This document shows, in pieces, positions 59,551 through 64,000 of a stretch of DNA of 64,000 nucleotides (its first letter is position 1; the number at the start of each line of letters is the position of its first letter). The stretch is from Candidatus Puniceispirillum sp. (GTDB lineage Bacteria; Pseudomonadota; Alphaproteobacteria; Puniceispirillales; Puniceispirillaceae), in the NCBI GenBank assembly GCA_028382965.1, contig JAOEUK010000006.1, positions 15,527 to 79,526 of the forward strand. The letters run 5' to 3'. The translations under genes and the position numbers were made by a program. The notes under the pieces are model-generated. The model ran no database searches. It saw only the letters and a list, made by a program, of their open reading frames with translations, and had not been told where the DNA came from.

Positions 59551-59657
59551 GAAATTGCCCAATCCACAAATACTAGCTTTTGTAACGGCTACTTTTTACG
59601 TAATCATTAGCCTTTATTGTGTTTTTTTTTCTAACTATATCAGAGTAACGTAAAGGC

Positions 59658-60593
59658 CTAAACAAGTTCACGAAAACTATCTAGGTGCTCTTTGTACCAT
59701 TCAATAGTTTCTGGCAAAAAATCGTCAATGTCACGTGTTGGCTTCCATCCAAAATCTCTAAATATATCGGTACTATCAGCTGGGTAAATCGTGTCGTTTA
59801 TAAGCCGGTCCTTTTCAAAAGAAATATAGTTTTTTAACCCAAGGTAATTTCCAATCTTGGTTGCGATTTCTAGATTTGAAAACGCATCATTATGGCCGAT
59901 ATGATAAACTTGACTTTTTGTTGCATTTTCAGCCAGAAGGTAAATCGCCATAGCTGCGTCTTTTACCCATAAATACCGGCGTTGTGCCGATCCATCACCA
60001 TGAAGTGTAAATGGCCTGTTTAGCAATCCGAGAATGGAAAATCGCGGGATAATATTGTTAATAAATTGTCCAGGACCGGCAATATTGTTTGATCGGAGCG
60101 TTGTGATGGTTATTTCAGGGTGCATCTTCATGTAAGCGCTTACGATCATATCGGCAGCTGCTTTTGATGCACTGTAGGGATTGGCGGGGTCTAGCCGATT
60201 AACATCAACAATTTTGTCGGTTGACCCGTAAACTTCATCAGTACTCATCACTAAAATCTTTTTAACACCCTTTTTCACGCAAGCTGCTAAAAGACTGTGA
60301 ATGCCCACCACATTAGAAATTGTTGTCTGTACAGGATTTTTAAACGAAACATCAACATGTGACTGCGCAGCTAGATGGATAACCACATCACCGGGGAGCA
60401 AAGCCTTTTCTGTCAATTGTGGATCGCTGATATCCATATAGAAATGCTGAACATCATGGTGCGCAAATTGACTATCGATCGTTTTCCGATTGGTTATTTT
60501 GTCAATAATAGCAACTTTCTTGCCTTTTGATGTTAATAAATTAATGACATGAGAACCAATAAACCCGCATCCACCTGTAACAACATATCTCAT
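59658..60593 (-). CDS. NAD-dependent sugar-nucleotide dehydratase/epimerase (dTDP-glucose 4,6-dehydratase-like)
   Basis: 311 aa with TGGCGFIGSH, STDEVYG and YSASKAAAD. Confidence 0.75.
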   Translation of the reverse strand: MRYVVTGGCGFIGSHVINLLTSKGKKVAIIDKITNRKTIDSQFAHHDVQHFYMDISDPQLTEKALLPGDVVIHLAAQSHVDVSFKNPVQTTISNVVGIHSLLAACVKKGVKKILVMSTDEVYGSTDKIVDVNRLDPANPYSASKAAADMIVSAYMKMHPEITITTLRSNNIAGPGQFINNIIPRFSILGLLNRPFTLHGDGSAQRRYLWVKDAAMAIYLLAENATKSQVYHIGHNDAFSNLEIATKIGNYLGLKNYISFEKDRLINDTIYPADSTDIFRDFGWKPTRDIDDFLPETIEWYKEHLDSFRELV

Positions 60594-60803
60594 AGTATTT
60601 CACCAAAATTCTTTGATTAATTTCTTCATTATAATAAACATATTGAAGAACATTTGCCATTGAATAGTTAATGTTTCTTTAATAAGTGCAAACTCCTATT
60701 CCAGTCTGGGTGTGTCAAAAATCATTTGATTTCATTCACTGACATGAGGCACTCTTTAGATGTTTGGTGCGGTTTCCTTTTAATTAAAAAAAACATTACG
60801 GTG

Positions 60804-61550
60804 ATGGAGGCTTCAGTGTTTAAGATTAACGTTGAGATTAATGAGGCGCGGTGTGACCTTGCCGCGCTTTTTCGTTGGACAGCTCGTGAGTCAATGCATG
60901 AAGGGATTGCAAATCATTTTTCTTATTCTGTTTCAGATGATGGCCAACAATTTTTGATGAACCCTTTTGGAGTTCATTTTTCAAAAATGCGTGCCAGTGA
61001 CCTATTGTTGCTTGATGCTCAAAAAACTCCATCAGACTATGGCGAATTAGTTGACCCAACAGCATGGTGGATACATGGCGCAATGCACCGGAATAATCCA
61101 AAAGCGCGTTGTGTAGTTCACTTGCATTCACATTATGCAACAGCTCTTAGTGCGTTAAAAAACCCCACACTCCCGCCAATTGATCAAACGAGCTGTCGGT
61201 TCTTTAACCGTGTGGCAGTTGACCTTGGCTTTGATGGTATGGGACTGGACAATGAGGCAGAGCGGTTATCAGCTTTGTTAGGGGATAACCGCATAGTTTT
61301 GATGGGGAATCATGGCTTTATGACTGCAGCGGAATCGCCTGCTTTGACTTTTGACCTCGCCTACTTTTATGAGCGGGCTTGCCGGACATACATTACGGCC
61401 CTTTCAACAGGTTTAGACTTATCGATATTGTCCGATACAATTGCAGAAAAAACTGCAAAGCAATGGGAGATGCAGGATCAAACAGTGGATATGCACCTCG
61501 CAGCAATTCGTAGAATTTTAGATGAAGAAGAGCCTGAATACCAAGAATAG
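60804..61550 (+). CDS. class II aldolase/adducin-family protein
   Basis: ATG at 60804. It has a His-rich metal site region (VVHLHSHYATAL) and GNHGFMT. Confidence 0.75.
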   Translation: MEASVFKINVEINEARCDLAALFRWTARESMHEGIANHFSYSVSDDGQQFLMNPFGVHFSKMRASDLLLLDAQKTPSDYGELVDPTAWWIHGAMHRNNPKARCVVHLHSHYATALSALKNPTLPPIDQTSCRFFNRVAVDLGFDGMGLDNEAERLSALLGDNRIVLMGNHGFMTAAESPALTFDLAYFYERACRTYITALSTGLDLSILSDTIAEKTAKQWEMQDQTVDMHLAAIRRILDEEEPEYQE

Positions 61551-61673
61551 ATGACACCTCTTGAAAAAAGTGCCTGTGTTTTCACAATCGACATATCTGA
61601 TGAAGTTGAGGGCTATTGACGGAATTTGATTGAGAAACCGTGAATAGTCAGGTTTCGGCTAATATTGTCGTAC

Positions 61674-61694
61674 ACTGGACAGTGAGTGTCCAGT
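61674..61694. promoter_or_regulatory. perfect 8-bp inverted repeat ACTGGACA-N5-TGTCCAGT in the leader of the betaine-type ABC operon
   Basis: Read directly from the sequence, with no T-run after it. It lies about 90 bp upstream of the SBP start. Whether it is an operator or an RNA hairpin is not determined. Confidence 0.3.
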
Positions 61695-61780
61695 ATGACA
61701 AACTAATACCAACGACGGGGTAAAATCATCGCAAGTCCTCGCGATAATTATTTAAGAAAAAACTTTAGGGGAATATTTAG

Positions 61781-62824
61781 ATGAGTAAAAATATTATTAT
61801 TGGGGGAATTGGCGCAGTTGTTGTTGCGCTGGTTTTCTATATGGGCGGTCTTTTTGATAAAGAAAAGGAGATTAAACAGGCTGCTGTTGAGTGTGGTTCT
61901 GTGTCAATTGCTGAAATGAATTGGGCGTCAGCACAGTTATTGGCAAACGTTGACAAAATCATTCTAAGCAAAGGTTATGGCTGCGATGTAAGCATTGTTC
62001 CAGGTGATACGATGCCTACGTTTACGTCAATGAATGAAAAGGGTTCGCCTGACGTTGCTGGTGAAATGTGGATTAATGCTGTTGCTGTGCCTCTTGAAAA
62101 AGCAAAAGCTGAGGGGCGTCTTCACACTGTGTCTGACCCAATTACTGGTCTTGGTGAGGGTTGGTGGTTGCTTCCTCATACAATGGAAAAACACCCAGAG
62201 CTCAAAACCGTGCAGGATATTTTAAAGCGTCCTGACTTGTTTCCTCACCCTGAGGACCCTTCAAAGGGTGGTTTTCATACATGTCCAGCGGGTTGGGGAT
62301 GCCAGTTAGCTAATGCAAATCTTTTTCGTGCATTTGAAATGGAAAAGAAGGGTTGGCTTTTAGTTGACCCAGGCTCTGCAGCAGGCTTGGACGCATCAAT
62401 CGCCAAAGCTTCCGATCGCAAACAAAACTGGTTTGGTTATTACTGGTCACCTACTTCCATCGTTGGAAAATATAGCTTAAATATGATGGATTTTGGCGTC
62501 CCTTTTGGGGGTAAAGAGAACTGGGATTCTTGTATAGTCAAGCCTGAGCAGGAATGTGCAGATCCAAAACCGTCCTCTTGGACTAAATCGGAAGTAAACA
62601 CCGTTATTTCGGACAGCTTCAAAAAGCGTGCCGGTTCGAGTGTTAGCGAGTATTTTGGCAAGAGGATTTTTCCTGGACCAATTATGAACGCGACACTGTC
62701 GTACATGTCAGATCAACAGGCAACAGGTGAAGATGCTGCCAGAGAGTTTTTAGCCAAGAATCCTAAAATCTGGACTGCTTGGGTTACTGCAGACGCAGCA
62801 AAGAAAATCAAAGAAGGTCTGTAA
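61781..62824 (+). CDS. proX: glycine betaine/choline-type ABC transporter substrate-binding protein
   Basis: 347 aa with an N-terminal anchor helix. The Trp-rich binding-pocket context (MNWASAQLL, GEGWWL, YYWSP) is typical of the OpuAC/ProX fold. It is followed by proW and proV. Confidence 0.65.
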   Translation: MSKNIIIGGIGAVVVALVFYMGGLFDKEKEIKQAAVECGSVSIAEMNWASAQLLANVDKIILSKGYGCDVSIVPGDTMPTFTSMNEKGSPDVAGEMWINAVAVPLEKAKAEGRLHTVSDPITGLGEGWWLLPHTMEKHPELKTVQDILKRPDLFPHPEDPSKGGFHTCPAGWGCQLANANLFRAFEMEKKGWLLVDPGSAAGLDASIAKASDRKQNWFGYYWSPTSIVGKYSLNMMDFGVPFGGKENWDSCIVKPEQECADPKPSSWTKSEVNTVISDSFKKRAGSSVSEYFGKRIFPGPIMNATLSYMSDQQATGEDAAREFLAKNPKIWTAWVTADAAKKIKEGL

Positions 62825-62848
62825 AAATTTTGGATGAACTATATCTAT

Positions 62849-62873
62849 GGCCTGCCAGTCTTGCTGGCAGGCC
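62849..62873 (+). promoter_or_regulatory. intercistronic GC-rich stem-loop between the SBP and permease genes
   Basis: Perfect 10-bp stem GGCCTGCCAG/CTGGCAGGCC with a 5-nt loop and no U-tract. It is 25 nt after the proX stop and 22 nt before the proW start. Confidence 0.6.
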
Positions 62874-62894
62874 AACTAAGTAATTTCTAATGAG

Positions 62895-63794
62895 GTGCTT
62901 GATTTGGAATTTTTTGATGAATTTCCTGAGCTTGGCCGAGGTGAATTAAGAGACTTTAAGAAGGCTATTGATTTTAGTTTTCGTAGTTTCTCTAGGGCAT
63001 ATGGAGAAACGCTAGAGAACTTTTTTGATCCATTACTCCAATTCATGATTTGGTTTGAGAAGCTTTTGATTGGTGCTCCTTGGCCAATTATTTTAGTTGT
63101 CATTGGGTCATTGTGCTGGCTGGGAGCCCGCAGTTGGAAGCTGGTTGCTGGGTCAATTGTTTGTTTTGCAATTATTGGCTATTTTGGCATGTGGGAAAAC
63201 ACAATGGCTACATTAGCAATCATTTCAGTGGCAACTTTCATTTGCATTGGCCTCGGTATTCCACTTGGAATTTGGATGGCAAAGTCAAATCGAGTGCAGG
63301 CTATTGTCACTCCCATTTTGGATGTTATGCAAACCATTCCTAGTTTTGTTTATCTGATTCCTGTTGTGATGCTTTTGGGCATTGGCAAAGTGCCTGGGCT
63401 GATCGCAGTGTGTATTTATGCAGCTCCGCCGATTGTACGTTTAACCAACCTCGGGATTAGACTTGTAGATGAAGAAGTTCTCGAAGCGTCGGATGCATTT
63501 GGTGCAAACTATAAACAGCGTTTGTGGGGTGTTCAGATACCTTTGGCCTTACCAAATATTTTTGCGGGAGTGAACCAAACAATCATGATGGCGTTAGCGA
63601 TGGTCGTGATTGCCTCGATGATTGGTGTGCGCGGCCTTGGTGTGCCCGTGCTGCAAGCAGTATCCAATCAATACTTAGCTCTTGGTTTGATGAACGGATT
63701 AGCGATTGTCGCTATTGCGATTATTTTTGATCGCGTTTCACAAAAATATGGCCAGCGGTTACAGGCTTATCGTAAAGGTAACGGCAATGGCTGA
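62895..63794 (+). CDS. proW: glycine betaine/proline ABC transporter permease
   Basis: 299 aa with MQTIPSFVYLIPVVMLLGIG and the EAA-type loop (LEASDAFGANYKQRLWGVQIPLALP). GTG start at 62895, uncertain. Confidence 0.85.
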   Translation: MLDLEFFDEFPELGRGELRDFKKAIDFSFRSFSRAYGETLENFFDPLLQFMIWFEKLLIGAPWPIILVVIGSLCWLGARSWKLVAGSIVCFAIIGYFGMWENTMATLAIISVATFICIGLGIPLGIWMAKSNRVQAIVTPILDVMQTIPSFVYLIPVVMLLGIGKVPGLIAVCIYAAPPIVRLTNLGIRLVDEEVLEASDAFGANYKQRLWGVQIPLALPNIFAGVNQTIMMALAMVVIASMIGVRGLGVPVLQAVSNQYLALGLMNGLAIVAIAIIFDRVSQKYGQRLQAYRKGNGNG

Positions 63795-64000
63795 CAGCAA
63801 AATTGAAATCCGAAATCTCTATAAGGTTTTTGGGAGTAATCCTGTTAAGGCTATGAAACAAGTACATGCGGGTATTAGCAAACAAGAGCTTTTGGACCAA
63901 CATGGCCATGTTCTCGGACTTCGTAATATTAATATCAAGATTAGGCCCAAGCGCGTTCAAGTCATCATGGGACTGTCAGGGTCTGGTAAATCAACACTTA
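63787..64000 (+). CDS. proV: glycine betaine/proline ABC transporter ATP-binding protein (3' end beyond window)
   Basis: Hand translation from ATG 63787 gives MADSKIEIRNLYKVFGSNPVKAMKQVHAGISKQELLDQHGHVLGLRNINIKIRPKRVQVIMGLSGSGKSTL. This is the ProV-type N-terminus plus Walker A. The start overlaps the proW stop by 8 nt. It is not in the ORF track because no stop lies within the window. Confidence 0.85.
   Translation, partial: MADSKIEIRNLYKVFGSNPVKAMKQVHAGISKQELLDQHGHVLGLRNINIKIRPKRVQVIMGLSGSGKSTL

Noticed and set aside
1-64000. Search for CRISPR arrays, IS elements, integrases, prophage genes, toxin-antitoxin or known defence systems, tRNA and rRNA genes
   Set aside because: I saw no spaced direct-repeat arrays, no transposase-, integrase- or phage-like translations, and no tRNA-like or rRNA-like segments in the intergenic regions. 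Visual scanning can miss small RNAs; tRNAscan or Infernal would be decisive.

Overview
This is a gene-dense chromosomal segment; I estimate about nine-tenths coding from the gaps, not by computation. It is most consistent with a moderately AT-rich, probably marine, alphaproteobacterium. Lineage hints are a GapR/DUF2312 gene, DUF1244, an IalB-like gene next to rlmN, and a Calvin-subtype class II aldolase. I support about 60 CDS. I found no rRNA, tRNA, CRISPR array, transposase, integrase, phage gene or recognisable defence gene.

The left third (1-23.6 kb) looks accessory and catabolic. It holds the tail of a sox cluster (SoxD-like cytochrome, SoxH-like MBL protein, SoxB). Next is a six-gene CoxMSL-like molybdo-hydroxylase operon that lacks the CO-dehydrogenase active-site motif and also carries an ACMSD-like amidohydrolase, CoxG and a ThDP enzyme. 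Next is a translationally coupled operon of CoA-transferase / DsbA-like kappa-GST / YfcG-like GST / CoA-transferase, with a divergent LysR regulator and an MFS transporter. After that come a beta-hydroxyacid dehydrogenase-YtoQ-M19 dipeptidase operon, an acyl-CoA dehydrogenase divergent from a third family III CoA-transferase, and a DHDPS-like lyase.

The remaining 40 kb is mostly housekeeping: pyk, hpt, gabD, sodB, argG, tesA-ybbA-ybbP, rlmN, fbp-fba, trxB, pyrF, mntR, mutAB, sufE, RNA methyltransferases, a few envelope glycosylation genes and a proXWV-type betaine ABC importer cut by the window end.

The best candidates for undescribed biology are the CoA-transferase/GST operon (10.6-14.5 kb) and the non-CODH molybdo-hydroxylase operon (3.6-10.6 kb). 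Both are inferences from domain content and gene order, not demonstrated functions. All family assignments come from reading the translated ORFs against remembered family motifs; no searches were run.
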